From NCBI GenBank assembly GCA_050613775.1, contig JBODTK010000150.1, positions 1 through 64,000 of the forward strand: a stretch of 64,000 nt of DNA, given 5' to 3'. Positions 23,467 to 40,341 of the stretch are shown piece by piece. Source of the stretch: Neocallimastix sp. 'constans'. Lineage: Eukaryota. A program made the translations under genes and the position numbers. Below the pieces are notes generated by a model. That model worked only from the letters and a program-made list of their open reading frames with translations, did no database searches and was not told the DNA's origin. The number at the start of each line of letters is the position of its first letter. Position 1 is the stretch's first letter.

Positions 23467-26400
23467 TTATTATATTTAATGTATTAATAATATTTTAATA
23501 GATTTCCAAAAAACCATTTCATTTTCTGGAAGATTATTAAGAAGATTACATTCATATTTAATTCCATCACGTCAAAAGGAAATTGCAGATTTATTATGCT
23601 ATGTTTTACAAAGACGTCAAATAGAATTATTACATCAACAAAAAATAGAATCATCTAAAAAACAAGAAAATCAAAATCATTATTCCAAGCTTGAACTTTC
23701 AGAGGCTGGATTTAGTATAGCTAGTAGTTTAATTATTTTAGATTCAATTGATATTAGTGAATATCTTCCAAAGAGAATTCCATATCCATATCATAAATAT
23801 AAAAATGAAGAAACTGATGATGAAAATAATCCATTTATTTACTCTCCTTTTATTCTTAGAAAAGCAAAATCAAATAATATGTTAAATAGAAGTGGTGTTA
23901 ATGAAAAGATGTTAATGGTTGCAAATGAACCGGTAGAATTTATTATTACTTTTACAAATACTTATTCATTTGATATTGAAATTGAAGGATTAACAATTAA
24001 GTAATATAAATTTATAAATAAATATATATAAGTAATTTATATTATGTATTTTAAATAATATTAATTAATTTATTATTATTACAATTATTATTATTATTAT
24101 TAATAAAGAACATCTGGTATAAAGGTTAAATCTGTTCCAGTATCAGTAATTATACCGGCCTTTACAAGATACTATCAAGTTAAAGTGTTTGCTACTCCAT
24201 TAGAAGCAGGAACCTTAAGAATTCTTGGATGTAAAGTTAAAATGTTTGGTGGTAGTATAGAAGAAATCCTTATACCTCCGTCAAGTAATATTGATAAAAT
24301 AGAAATTGAAGATGATAGAGATAGATTATTAGGAAAATCATCACTTGAATATTATAAGCAATATAAAATTAGGGAAATAATGTTAAAGTTAGTATATATA
24401 TTTATAATTTTGTAATTTAATAAATTTATTAATAAATCTATCTGATATATAATATTAAAGGGAAGGTAAAGAAGTAAAAGACTTACCAGAACCAGAAAAG
24501 CCATGGGAAAAATCATTTAAAGTTTTAGATGAACAAGCTTTACTTCAAGTTAAAGAAGTTAGTCTTGGAACTCAAGCTGCTATTATGTTATTTGAAGGAG
24601 AATTGTAAATTTTATTTTATTTAATTATTATTGTTATTACTGTTATTATATATATATATATTTTATATTTTATATTTTACAATTTATATATTATATTGTA
24701 TATTTTTTTTTTTATTTTTTATTTTTTATTTTTTATTTTTTATTTTTTAATTTTTATGTTATTTTATTTTTATATTATTTGACATTTATATATATATTAA
24801 AATTTTTAATATTTAATTAAATAATGATATAATACCAATACTAATGTAAATACCAATATTAATACTAATATTAATACTAATATTAATATTAATACTACTA
24901 CTGATACTATACTACTACTACTAATAATAATAAAAGATCTAAGTTCACAATTAAATTGGAAAATATTGGTACGGTTCCAATTACATATATGAAGTTAACA
25001 ATTAATGAAAAGTATGGAGAAAAAAGAAATAGTAATATGATATATGAATTTGCTGATGTATTATATGAAAAAGAAATTTATGAAAAAGGTAAAAAGACCT
25101 TTTGGCTTCAACAAACTATAAATACAGGTAAAGAAGAAATTAACAGAGATTCTAATCCAACTAATAAATCAGATACTGAAATAATTCCAATAAACTTAAT
25201 GCCAAATAAGCAATGTGAAATTGTTATAGGAACATACGGAAATATTTTATGGTAATATTATTTATCTTATGATTATATATTTATATATAATTTTTTATTA
25301 AAATTTATTATATATATATTTTTATTTACTTTATTTTAAAAAGTTCAAGTGGTTCAATGTGTATTAAATATGGTAATGTTAATTTTGATGAGATTGATTC
25401 TGATGATGAGAGTCCATATTATTATCTTAGACAAATTGATATGCCAATTATGATTACTGTTCAAAGAGGATTAACAACATTAAATGCTGATATGTTAGTA
25501 TTTAATGGAAATAGTGAAGCTGATACTTTAAGAAACTTTAGGAATAGAAAGAAGCAAATTACTGAAGAAGAAAACAAAACTGGAAATAAAACGTTAGCAG
25601 ACCAAAATGATCCATATATATCAAATTCATTAGAAGAATTATTGGAAATGGTTCAATTTGAACAAAAAATAAACTTTAATAAATATTGTTTGTTAACTTT
25701 TGAATTAAATAATTTATGGAATATACCATTTGAAATTAAGTTTACTATTGATGAAGAGAAAAATTCAGACTGTATTGAAATTAACGTCTTAATTGATGCT
25801 AATTCAACAAAAAGGTTAATAAAATTTAAATTAATAAATGATGAATATAACATTTAAAAAATGTTAATACATATTAGTATTAGTAAAATTAATATTTATT
25901 TTATTATTATTATTATTATTTTTTTTGTTAATCTTAATAGAATATTTTTACCAATCTTAAGATACAATTTACCGGAATCAGTTTTAAACCAAGAAATACC
26001 AACTCCAAATAATCAAGAAATTGCTTATAAGGTTATAAAATTAGTTGAGCATGAAGAAAAAATTCGTAAAGAACAATTTTGGTTTAAGGAAGATTTATTT
26101 GGAGGATTGATTCTGGGCAAGGGAAAAATTAGTGCAACATGGAATTGCGTAAGTTGATTTATTGAAGTAAAATATTATTGTCATTTTTATTTATAGAATA
26201 TTAACAATTTTTAATAACAATTACATACGTAGTCAAGAATTCGTAATGGTATATTGAATCTTCGCACTTTGAAATTAACAAGTTCAATGCTTAATATTTT
26301 GAAAGTTAAAGATATTACGTTTGATGTTTGTCTTGAACCATTAAAATCGACTAAGGAAAATGCAATTATTTCTTCCGGTCAAGATGGAGATGAAATTTCT

Positions 26401-26835
26401 TGCAAATTACGTGAAATGGTTGGATTAAAATGGACAATTAATAATCATTTAAATGTACCCAAGAAAGTTTGTATTCGTATTGAACCTGTTCAAGATTTTG
26501 ATAATGGTTTATTGGATTATCATTTACAAGGGAGAATGGCATGGTCAGGATCACTTCAAAAAGTTCTAGAAGAGGTAATATTAATTATATTTATATAAAT
26601 ATAAATATAAAATAAGGATTATTTTTAATTTACATTTGCAAAAAATTAAAATATTACATATTCATAGATTCCTCCAAATTCATCTATAGATTATGTATTA
26701 CCAGTATACTTCTATTCACCAGGTCACTTCAAATTTATTTATCATTGTGAATTAGTTGGTAATATTAAAGAACATTCTAAAAATGGTGAAAATATCTGGT
26801 GGGGTGATAGTCCAGCAATTATTCATGTTGTTTAA
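20552..26835 (+). CDS. TRS120: TRAPP II subunit Trs120/TRAPPC9, about 16 exons
   Basis: PARIKIAIVPVGKI, QPFRRIFGVIGIIDC, RSQKLASDLLLLAGRVSEA, NDFLWQAVCME, YGSVGMLRKHAFFL, FGWPELQ, NPFIYSPF, VANEPVEFIITFTN and IMLFEGE. Exons join in frame to TAA at 26833-26835. Confidence 0.93.
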
Positions 26836-27218
26836 ATAAAACATCAATAATTTTATTAAATTTGATTTCATAATACAATAATAATAATTATAATAATAAT
26901 AATAATAAAAAAATGTTTATAGATAAATTTTTTTTCCATGTATTTAGTAAAGCAATAAAGATATTTTAATGAATGCTTATTTTTTTATTCAAAGAATTTT
27001 ATGTAAAAAAAAAAAAAACAAAAAAAAAAAAACAAAAAAAAAAAAATATTAAAGAAATACATAAATAAATGAATATATAACAATCTAATAAATAAAATAA
27101 ATAAGCGAATTAAAAAAAATAAAAAATAAATAGAAAAAAAGAAAAAAAAAAAAAAAAAAAAAAAAAAAATAAAAATAAAATTAAAAAATAAAAATAAAAA
27201 TAAAAATAAATAAATGGT

Positions 27219-27252
<34 letters not shown>

Positions 27253-27632
27253 AAATAAATAAATAAATAAATAATTAATTAATTAAAAATAAATAAATGG
27301 TTAAAAATAAATAAATAAATAAATAATAATTAATTTAATAATAAATCAATTAATGAGTAAATTAATAAATAAACATCTAATAAAGCACAATATCAATTTA
27401 TTTTATTTCTTGGTTACTTATTTATTATTATTATTATTGTTGTTTTTACTTAAATGAAATTAAAGAAATAATAAAAAATTTTTATTATTATTTTTTCCTT
27501 TTTTATTTATCTGTATTTATTTATTTTTTTTTTTATTTTATTTTATTTTATTGTTAATTGTTAATATATATTTATTACAATTGCTATTTTCCTAATTTAC
27601 TAAAGCACTTATTTTTATTTTTATTTTTATTT

Positions 27633-27663
<31 letters not shown>

Positions 27664-27868
27664 CTTTATTTTTTTTAATTGGATTTGAGTTTGAAATAAA
27701 AATAATTTTATGATATAATAAATAAATAAATAAATAACATAATGAATTTGATATAAAAAAAAAAATTTTTTTTTATGATAATTAACTGTAATACTGCATT
27801 TATATATAAATATTTAAAGAGATTTTATTTACTTATACTTATTACTTATATATTTTCTAAATTTTTAA

Positions 27869-29548
27869 TTAAATTTGTTCTTGGATTATTTCTGGTTCTT
27901 TTTGTTCTGGTTTTCTTTTTATAATGTAAACCTTTTTATTTTTATGTATTTTAAATGGGATACATTTTTTTATATCTTTTTCTGCAATACAAGTTTTAAC
28001 ATCTTCAATAAATTTTTTATAATCCTTTGTAAATGAAACTCCTAATAAAGCATCAATAGAAGTATCAATTTCCCAATGTTTACTGTTATGGAATGATGGT
28101 TGAAGAACAATAGCATAATCATAACCTTTATCAATAAATTGTTGACGAGTATTTAAAGATTCATCTTTATCATAAATCCATTTGTCATTAATTTGTCCAA
28201 ATCTAGAAGCACCTGTTTGAGCTGTGTAAACACCAATATGAACTTTAACTTGCTTATAAGGTGATTCAATCTTATTCATCGCCTTAAGGGCATGTCCACC
28301 TGGATAGTTAAATGAAGAAATATAGGCCATTAAACCAGAAACAAATAAATTCGTTATTATTAATAAAACTGTCATATAATATATTAATTTTTTGGTTATA
28401 GAAAATATACTAGAACTATGAATATAGAATAATCCGACACCTCCAGCAATATTAATGAATGGAATAACATAGAAAATAAATCTAGTTTCTTTATGTGGTA
28501 AAAATGAATAAATTATGACGTAAGAAATGATTGGTGTTAATAAACGTCTAATTCTTGGTTTTTCATAGAATGCATATAAAGCAAATGGAATTGCAATAGT
28601 ACACGTTTTTGGAATATGAATTGCCAAATAACTATACCATGGTGAAGTTCCATAAGCTAAACTTCCATTATTAAGTATATTGAATTGAATTGAGGCACCT
28701 TCTGGCCATAAGAGTTTTCCCCAAAAGTAAGAATCAACACCAACAGTAATACCAAGTGAAAATAAAGTTGAAATTAAACCAACAATAATTAAACGAACAA
28801 TGCTAATTTTTTTGTTTTTAACTTCTAAAATGAATATTGGAAGAGCTAACAATACAATTTCAATTCTAAATACAACAGCGGTGAAAGTAAGAATGAATAT
28901 AACTAAATAGCTTCTTGTTCTTTCATAAATTCTATTTTCTTTAGTGCTAGTTTTTTTTCTAGTAGTCTTTAAAATCCAATATGATAGGGCAATGTTTACT
29001 AAAATTAAAGCGAAGGTATTTGGTAAAGTTCGTGAACCCCAGAATGGAATATAGAATTGTACAGCAGTTAATAGAATCATGAAATTACCAGCTTCTTTAC
29101 TCCAAGTTTTAGCAACTGATTTACGAAGTCTTGAAAATGACCAAACTACTAATAATGCTAAAGCAATTCGAGTAGCATATTGGAGAAGAAATTTATTTTG
29201 AAAAATTTCTTGATTAATTGTTTTTGGGAAATTTGGAAAGTACGGGTGAATATATTTATATAATAAACCAAAAATATTATCATACACTTCTTGTTTAACT
29301 TCAGTTGATAAAATATTTAATATATTCTTGAATGGATATACTATAAAAGCTAATACTAAAGAGCCAATAAATGTTCTTGGAACAACCCCTGGAAATTCAA
29401 AATGATCGTAGTTAGAAATATCCTTAACACCATAAATTAATATATCATGTGTTGCTTGAAGATTAAAGCTTTCCTCTACTTTAGTATAAGGACACATACA
29501 AATGTATGTTACCATTACTATAAATAAAAAAAAGTCAAAGCCATTCAT
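27869..29548 (-). CDS. ALG12: Dol-P-Man:Man7GlcNAc2-PP-Dol alpha-1,6-mannosyltransferase (GT22), intronless
   Basis: [61 protein letters not shown] and AQTGASRFG, with multiple transmembrane segments. Confidence 0.97.
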   Translation of the reverse strand: MNGFDFFLFIVMVTYICMCPYTKVEESFNLQATHDILIYGVKDISNYDHFEFPGVVPRTFIGSLVLAFIVYPFKNILNILSTEVKQEVYDNIFGLLYKYIHPYFPNFPKTINQEIFQNKFLLQYATRIALALLVVWSFSRLRKSVAKTWSKEAGNFMILLTAVQFYIPFWGSRTLPNTFALILVNIALSYWILKTTRKKTSTKENRIYERTRSYLVIFILTFTAVVFRIEIVLLALPIFILEVKNKKISIVRLIIVGLISTLFSLGITVGVDSYFWGKLLWPEGASIQFNILNNGSLAYGTSPWYSYLAIHIPKTCTIAIPFALYAFYEKPRIRRLLTPIISYVIIYSFLPHKETRFIFYVIPFINIAGGVGLFYIHSSSIFSITKKLIYYMTVLLIITNLFVSGLMAYISSFNYPGGHALKAMNKIESPYKQVKVHIGVYTAQTGASRFGQINDKWIYDKDESLNTRQQFIDKGYDYAIVLQPSFHNSKHWEIDTSIDALLGVSFTKDYKKFIEDVKTCIAEKDIKKCIPFKIHKNKKVYIIKRKPEQKEPEIIQEQI

Positions 29549-30544
29549 TTCTAATGTTTATAAATAGATAAATAAATATATATATATATAAATAAATATA
29601 TTAATATCTTTTTTACTTTATATAAAATTTATATTATTTTCTATTATTGTAATTTTATTTTTATTAATTATTTTTTACTTAATACTTATTTTTATTTTTA
29701 TTATATATTTATATATTATATTTTATTTTTATATTTTATATTTATATTATATATTTTATATTTATATTATATATTTTATATTTTTTGTTTTATATTTTTT
29801 TTTCTTCATTATTTTCTTTTTCTTTAAGAAATAAAAAAAAGAAAAAAATTGTTGAACAATATGTAAGCTAGTTAATAACTTTTTTTTTTTTTTATTTAAA
29901 TATTATTTATAACATATTTATTTTAAAAAGTAATCTATATTATATATTATACTATATATAACATATTTAATATATACTTTTTTCATAATAAATATATATT
30001 ATAATTTTTAAATAACAATATTTTAAATTATATAATTAAAATTATATATAGAAATTTATTAAGTGATTATATCTGATTACCTTTTTAATAATTTTATAAA
30101 ATTTAATAAATCAAATTTATTACAAAGATTTATGATACTAATAATTATAGTATTATATTTATTATTATTATTATTAGTATTACTTTAAATTAATTTATTT
30201 TGCCAGTTCAATTAAAATACGAAAAAATAATATAATGTATAACAATAAATTTTTATTTATTTTTATATAGTATTTTATTTTTTATTTTAAAAAAAAAACT
30301 ATATAAAATTACTTCAAAAAAAAGAAAAAGAAAAATTTTATTTAAAGATAAAAAATTTTTTATTAAAATTTTGATTTAGTATAATTTATTAATTCTTTAA
30401 AAATTTTTGCACGATTCGTGCTAATTTTTATTTATTAAAAAAAAAAAATTATTAATTTTAAATATTAATAAAATTTAAAGAAATAAAATTATCTTAAAAT
30501 TGAAATATTTTATCATTACTTAACATTTAAATAAATATAATAAT

Positions 30545-32693
30545 ATGGCTGAAAGAAAAGCAACTAATAAATACTATCCACCAGATTGGGATCCCTCAAA
30601 GGTAAAAAATAAGTATAAATATGAATATTAAATTTGCTATCTACATATATATATATATAGATATTTTTTTTTTTTTTTCTTCTTTCTAAAAAATTCAAAT
30701 TTTTTATAATATAATAAACATTATAGGGTTCAATAAATAAATATGTAGGACAACATCCTTACAGAGATAGAGCGAGAAAATTAGATCAAGGAATTTTAAT
30801 TGTTCGGTAATTAAAAGTAATTGTTAATTATTGTAATAAAGATAATGACCTTTACAATTTGAAAGCTTAATTAACAATTTTATAAATTTCATATTTTTTA
30901 AATACTTGATTTAAATATTTTTTAATAATTGTAAATATATATATGATATATTCGTATAAATTTAATAAGATTTGAATTACCATATAATATTTTATGTGAA
31001 GGATGTAATAATTATATAACTCAAGGTAATTTCTTTTTAATATATTATAATAATAATTATTAAATTAATAACTATTTTAATTATTATCTAAAGGAAATAG
31101 ATATAATGCTGAAAAGAAAAAAATTGGAATGTATTATACAACTCCAATTTTTAGTTTTAGAATGAAATGTCATTTATGTAGTAATTGGATTGAAATTCAT
31201 ACTGATCCTAAGGTCAAATAAAAAATTATATATATATATATATATATATATTTTTTTATTAAAAAAGCAAAAGTAAATGATGATATTATTATTAATAATA
31301 TATTTGATATTAATGATATATTAATATAGAATACGGAATATGTAATTGTTAGTGGAGCAAGACGAAAAATTGAAGATTGGGATGCAAAAGAAAATGGTTC
31401 AATTGAATTAACAGGTATTCTTATAAATTTAATATTATAACAAATGGTTAATTAGAAAATTTAAATTTAAGGAATTGTGTAATGATATAGTTTTATCATT
31501 TTTCCTTAATTTATATAATTCAGATGAAAAAGAGAAAGAAAAATTAGAATCCAATGCATTTTATAAATTAGAAAATGATATAACAAATAAGAAAAAAACT
31601 GATGAGTCAATACCTATTTTAACACAATTACAAGTAAATATTAAAATATAACATTATCTTCCTTTTTTAACTATTTTATTTTAATATTAATAATTCTTTA
31701 TTAAGAATTTAAATAATAGACAATGGAAAGATCCCTATACTGCCTCTTATAATATCAGAAAAAAATTTAGAGTTAGTATTATTACTAAAAGAAATTAATA
31801 AATAAATATGAAAAAGGGTGTTTAAATTATTATTAACAATTAATAATTTAAATAAAAGGAAAGAAAGAAATTAGAGAAACAGAAAGAAGAAGAAGACAAA
31901 AAGTTTAAAGATAAGCATTTATTGGCAATTGAACTTTTACCAGAATCATTAGAGGATGAGGAAGAAGCGAAACTTGTTTTTAAAGAAGATAAAAGTATAT
32001 TATTATTATTATTATTAATTATTATTATTATTATATTATTATTAATATTATTATTATCTTAATTAATATATATATACATATATATGTTTTTATGTATATT
32101 TCTTTGTTTTAAATATAATAATACTGCTATATAAAGATGACTCAATAAATAAGGTAAATCAAAGAAAATTGGAAATACAGAACACTTCAATATTTGAAAA
32201 TAGTAGAAAAAAAAATAACAATAAACGTAAATATAAGGATATGATTATGAACTCAGGTCATAATGATGATGGTAATAAAAATAATTATTCTAGTACAAAT
32301 ATATATAAAAATTCAAAGAAATCTAAACATGAAGCAAAAATGAAATCCTTAACAAATTTGAAATTAAATATAATTCAGCAACAAAAGAATAAAATTAATG
32401 ATAATGATCATTCATCGACATCTTTTTTAATATCTGATATTCAAAAGCCACATATATTACCATTATATAACGAAATATCATCTAAAAATTTAGGTATTCA
32501 AAAAAAATCTAACAAAAATAAAATGACCCCTGATTTTGATCATGAAAAGAAAATTGATGAAAATAATAATAATATAATTAAGAAAGAGAATGATAATAAT
32601 AAAAATGTTAATGTAAGTGATGATGATTACGATAAGAGTAACGCACTTTCATTAATATGTCAAGATTATGGTGATGATGAAGATTCTAATTGA
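30545..32693 (+). CDS. CCDC130: Splicing factor CCDC130/YJU2B (Saf4/Yju2 family), 9 exons
   Basis: [58 protein letters not shown]...[42 protein letters not shown]...QWKDPY, with a C-terminal [12 protein letters not shown]. Confidence 0.93.
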
Positions 32694-32932
32694 GTTTAGT
32701 ATTTTTATTTATTTATTTATTTATTTTTTTTTTTTTTTAGAAAGTTTTTTTGTTATATTAATAATTAAAAGATACCCAAATTTATATTATAAATGAAAAA
32801 ACAAATGTAAAGAATAATACAATTATTTATAATAATAATATATTAATAAAAGTAAATATATAAATAAATAAAAAATAAAAATTAAATATAAAAATTATAT
32901 AATTATTAAAATTTAAAATGAATTTTCATAAA

Positions 32933-32966
<34 letters not shown>

Positions 32967-33135
32967 GAAATATTGTTGAATTAACAAATTATACAATTAA
33001 AATGTTATTTTATTATTTTTTAGTTCTAATTCTTTAGTTTAATTTTTATGGATAATATATATATATATATATATAATTTTTTATTGATTTATTATATTTT
33101 CTTTTGTTATTATTTAATTTTTATATTTTAATAAG

Positions 33136-33194
<59 letters not shown>

Positions 33195-33785
33195 ATTAAT
33201 GGATATTACATATAATCTGCTTTAGTAAATAGAAATTAATTATAATAAATTATATAGTAAATTAATTATATTATTATAATTTAATTTGTATATAATTATT
33301 TTAATTAATTATGATTATGTAAAATATTTTTTTATTAATAATAATTTTAAACTTTTTTTTATGAACTTTTATATATCTTCTACCAAATTAAAATAAGAAG
33401 AGAACTTAAAAATAAAAAAAAAATAAAAATAAGAAAAGTAAAATTTAAATTTAAATAGTAATTATTAATTAAAACTAAATAAAGAAAAATAATATAAAAA
33501 ATAAAATTAAAATAATAATTAAAAGTTTTATAAAAAATAATAATTAAATTTGTAATAATAAAATTTTCAAATTAATGAAATAATAGATTTTAATTTAAAA
33601 TAATTTTATAAACATAATTTATTTATTTAATTATTAAAGTATAAATAGTATGAAAAGTGAAAATTAATTTATATCTTCTTTTTTTTTTTTTTTTTTTTTT
33701 TTTTAATTATCATTTATATAATTATATATCTATTTATAATTTTATTAAATAAAGTTAATTTTTTAAAGAATAATTTATAATCGAA

Positions 33786-35703
<1,918 letters not shown>

Positions 35704-36066
35704 GGAAATTTAATTTTATAATACATTATTTATAATCAATGCATTAATATTGCAAGCATTTATAAAATAAATAAAAAATAAAATCTTATCAAGAATAATT
35801 ATTTTATCAAGAAAAAAAAAATATTTTAAAAGTAATATTTAAATATATATATAAAGAAAGATAATCAAATATTTTAAATACAATATATATATGTTTAAAT
35901 GTAATCATTGAATATTATTAAAAATAAATAAATAAAAAAAAAGTATAAATAAAAAATTAAATAATAATAATGATAATAACAATAACAATAATAATATAAT
36001 AATAAAAAAAAAAAAAAATAAAAAAATAAAATACAATAAAATAAAAGCAAAAATAAATGAAAATTA

Positions 36067-36099
<33 letters not shown>

Positions 36100-36244
36100 G
36101 ATAATAATAAAGACATTTTTAATATTTATAAATTGTTATCTCATTTTTAAATTAAAAAAATTATATTTGAAGTAATTATTTTATTAATTATATAAGATTA
36201 AAAAATATTTTTAATATATTTATATAATAAAATTGCATATAGCC

Positions 36245-36340
<96 letters not shown>

Positions 36341-37049
36341 TTCTTTTTTTAGATAATTTATTTATTTATTTGTTTATTTTAACTATGGTGAGGATAGTGA
36401 TGATGATGTCTTTTTTCCTCTGCTTTTCGAATGTTTATATTTTTTTACTTAAATATAATAATAAATTAATATATGCATGAATACTGCTACCTCTACTACT
36501 ACTATTACCACTTCTACTATTACCATTATTAGCATAATTATTACTATTAGTACTAACAACACTATAATATTTAATTCAAAATAAAAATTTTCTTTATTTA
36601 TATCTTTCATTTAAAAGTTCATTATTTATTATTTTTTACTCTTCAATTTTTTTCTTATTTTTATAAAAAATATTTAATTTATTAGTATTAATATGGAAAA
36701 AATATATTTAATATGAATAATTGAATAATTAATTATTATATAAAAGAAAAAAATTTTTTTTTTTTTTTCCTTTTTTTTTTTTTTTTTTTTAATAAAAGTG
36801 GTCTTTGTAAAATTTAAAATTTAATAAATTTAACTATCAAATTTAACTAACAAATTTAACTATAAAATTTAATTAATAAAATAAATAAAAATAATTTTTG
36901 TTTGAAATAAAATATTTGTTTATACTTTACATTAAAATAATTAGTGATGAAGAATTTAACAACAACAACATCCTCTACTCATAATAATAATAAATAATAA
37001 ATAATAAATAATAATAATAAAAGTTAAAAGATTCTGAAATCATTGATAG

Positions 37050-38500
37050 CCTAATTAATTTAGATAAGTTAAATTATAATGAAAATTTTTATCTTCATAT
37101 GATGAGTCCGATAAAATTAAAGAAATTGAGTATATTAGGAATATAGAAATACTAATGAAGAAATTAACTATATAGAAAAAATAAAAGACAAATGGTATAA
37201 AGCAATGGATGATAAATTGAAAAAATATGAAAGAAAATAATGAAAATAATGTATACGAATTAGTATTCAAAGTTTCACTGGATATTAATATAGTAACCTC
37301 CAGATGGATATTTACTTTCAAATATAATTCAAAAGGAGAAATAACTAAAAGAAAAGCGCATTTAGTTGCACGAAAATTTCCCTCAAGAATATGTTATAGA
37401 CTATAAAGATACATTTTCACCAACTTTAAAGTAAGATTTTTTTAGAATAGTAGATGCCATAGCATCTAAAAATAATTAATTAATATATAAAATTGAGGTC
37501 AAAGTAGTATATTTAAATGCTAAATTAGACGAATTAGTATACATAAAGATTCTAGAGAAAGCTGAAGGTTATAATAAAGGTTATTGGAAACTAAAATTAT
37601 TAAAAAAAAAAAAAAATAAAAAAAAATAAAGATTCAATATAACAGATATAGGATTAGATGATACAATTATAGATATAAAATTTGAAAAATTAAAAGATGG
37701 TTATTTATTACCTCAGAAAAAATACCTAAATAATATATTTAAAAGATATAATTTGGACAAATTTTAAATAGCTATAAATATGGTACCAGAAAAAAATGAA
37801 GGATGTATAAATAAACTTTTTTTGATGAAACAAAAATATAAACAAGCAATAGGCAATTTACTATATTCAAGACCTGATATACTTTATTATGTAAGTAAAG
37901 CTTCTCTCAAAATCTCATAATCCAAAATTATGAGAAGATTGGTTAAATGTCATTAAAATTTTTTAGATATTTAAAAAGGTAAACCAAATTACGATTTAAA
38001 ATTTACAAACAACTGTGAATTAAATGTTTATGTATATATAGACATTAGTGGATTTTCTGAAACAAGAAAATCTACTACTGGATTCTTAATTGTGGTGGGT
38101 AATGGGACCTACTACAAGGTATTCTAAGCTATACAAAAATGTGTTTCTGTTTCTACAGCTGAAAGGGAATTTTATTTTTTTGATAATTATGTAAGACATT
38201 GCATGTAGTATCAAACCTTATTAGAAAAAAAAATATGATATGTGTTATTAGTGTATAAAAATATACCAATAGATAATAAAGCAAGTAATATAAATAATTT
38301 TATAACTAGAGATATGGCTATAAATTGCACCATGTAACCATGTAAAGGAACGAGTTAAGCAAAAATAAAATAACATTAAAATATATAGAATCCAAACATT
38401 GTCTAGCAGATGGATTCACAAAATATTTAAACAAAAATTTAACGGATATATATATATTCAGTGAATCATAATTATGTAAATTCTGAATATTTTGAACTTT
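37050..38500 (+). mobile_element. Decayed Ty1/Copia pol relic (RT and RNase H)
   Basis: KWYKAMDD, IVTSRWIFTFK...KRKAHLVAR, DYKDTFSPTLK, YLNAKLDELVY, YKQAIGNLL.SRPDI, RKSTTG, CVSVSTAE and LADGFTKYL, with many stops and frameshifts. A possible 3' LTR starts TGTTAG at 38506. Confidence 0.88.
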
Positions 38501-38820
38501 TGCAATGTTAGAAATGAAGTTCAAAATTATCCATATTATATAGTAAATTTAAATTTATATCATGTAACTGTACATATATTTTATTATGGCGCATAAAACA
38601 AAATTGTAATACATTGTTATAATGTAATGTAAAATTAAATTAATGTAATAAAATAAAAAAAGTTGTAAAACTAGTTTTATTAAAAGTCAAGTCTTCTTTA
38701 AAATATTAACATTATAATTCATATTTTTATTTAATCATCACTTTTATTATAATTTCAAATATTAAATAGTATATTATAAATAAATAGGATATATAATAAT
38801 ATAGTAATAATATATAGTTT

Positions 38821-38937
38821 ATATAGTTTATGATATAAATAATTTAGAATTTAGTTCTTAAAAAAAATTTTTTTTTATAAAGATAGTTTATGATATAAAT
38901 AATTTAGAATTTAGTTTTTAAAAATTTTTTTTTATAA
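38821..38937. repeat. ~60-bp tandem duplication
   Basis: ATAGTTTATGATATAAATAATTTAGAATTTAGTT occurs twice, starting at 38823 and 38883. Confidence 0.9.
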
Positions 38938-38979
38938 GGTTCTTTTATATATAATTAAAATGAAAACATGTATTTAATG

Positions 38980-39366
38980 GAGGATGGTGCATTTCGAAAT
39001 GTGGCTTTAAATATACATAAAATTTCATTTCGAAATGTGGCTTATATTAATTTTATAAATTTTTATATATGAATATAATATTTATTTATTTATATAATAA
39101 AAAATTACCGTTATAAATATAAATAAATATGAAAATATTTTATTTTACTTTATTTTTTATTTTATTTTTTTTTATTTTTTATTTTTTTATTTATTTTTTT
39201 ATTTTTTATTATCAAATATATATATATATTAAATTATGAAATTATTATATAATAAAATATTATTTAATTATTTATTTATTTATATAAAAAAATTTATATA
39301 TAATACGCCATCTTATAATATGTGGCATATAATTAATCACGTATGGATCTGAAATGCACTATCCCC
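38980..39366. mobile_element. Mutator-like MITE, 387 bp
   Basis: 9-bp TSD TATTTAATG at 38971-38979 and 39367-39375. TIRs GAGGATGGTGCATTTC and, as reverse complement, GGGGATAGTGCATTTC (14/16 match). CATTTCGAAATGTGGCTT is repeated near the left end. Confidence 0.85.
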
Positions 39367-39628
39367 TATTTAATGTATTGAAAATGTATGATCCATTAAA
39401 TGTATATAAATATCATTAAATTAAGTATTATTAAAAAAAAAAAAAAAAAAATTAGTCTTTTACTTCAAATAAATAAAGTGGGTAAACAAACAAAAAATAT
39501 TGAGATTTTTAAAAGATTAATAGTCTCATTTGATTATAATAAGTTTGTATAGAAATTTAGAATATTTAACTAATTAGGAAATATAGTAATTTAGTATAAT
39601 TAGAATACTCAAGATTAACGACTCATGA

Positions 39629-39649
39629 ATACATACATACATACATACA

Positions 39650-39677
<28 letters not shown>
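39629..39677. repeat. (TACA)n microsatellite
   Basis: Tandem TACA units. Confidence 0.95.
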
Positions 39678-39681
<4 letters not shown>

Positions 39682-39939
39682 GTCATAAATAAAAATAAGA
39701 AATACATTAGGAATTATTGAATTAGTATTTAAATTAAATGTTTCTTATATAATTTAATAATTAGTAATTAATAATTAATATATAGTAGTTTAATTAAATA
39801 ATATTAATAATAATATATAAATATGTTTATAAAACAACTAGAAACAGTTTTAAATAGTGTGGAATATGTGTCCTGACTGAGGACAACTCTAAAAATGACA
39901 TATTCCACTCAATTTAAAAATATTTCTGGTCATTTTTAG

Positions 39940-40119
39940 AGTTGTCCTGACTGAGGAAAACACTGATGAATGATACAAGAACTCCAAGGAGTTGAATTAA
40001 GTGAGTACGCTGAAAAAAAAAAAAAATTAAAAAAACAAAAAAAAAAAAAACATTTTAAAATTCTATGTGTTTTAAGAAAATCAATGAATAGTTATATATA
40101 TATAAATCCTTCTATTAGA

Positions 40120-40156
<37 letters not shown>

Positions 40157-40306
40157 AAGAAAAGAATTCCGGGTATCAAATATTAGAAGTACTCAAGAAT
40201 AAATACCATGAAAAAGAAATCAATGATAATATCAAAGCTCTTCAGGAAGGTTAGGGAAACATGAAGTCTGAAAATAATAAAGAAAACCTTGGAAATACAT
40301 TTCAGG

Positions 40307-40341
<35 letters not shown>

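Noticed and set aside
36380..36450. Minus-strand fragment reading RKAEEKRHHHHYPHHS*
   Set aside because: No joinable upstream exon, and too short to support a gene.
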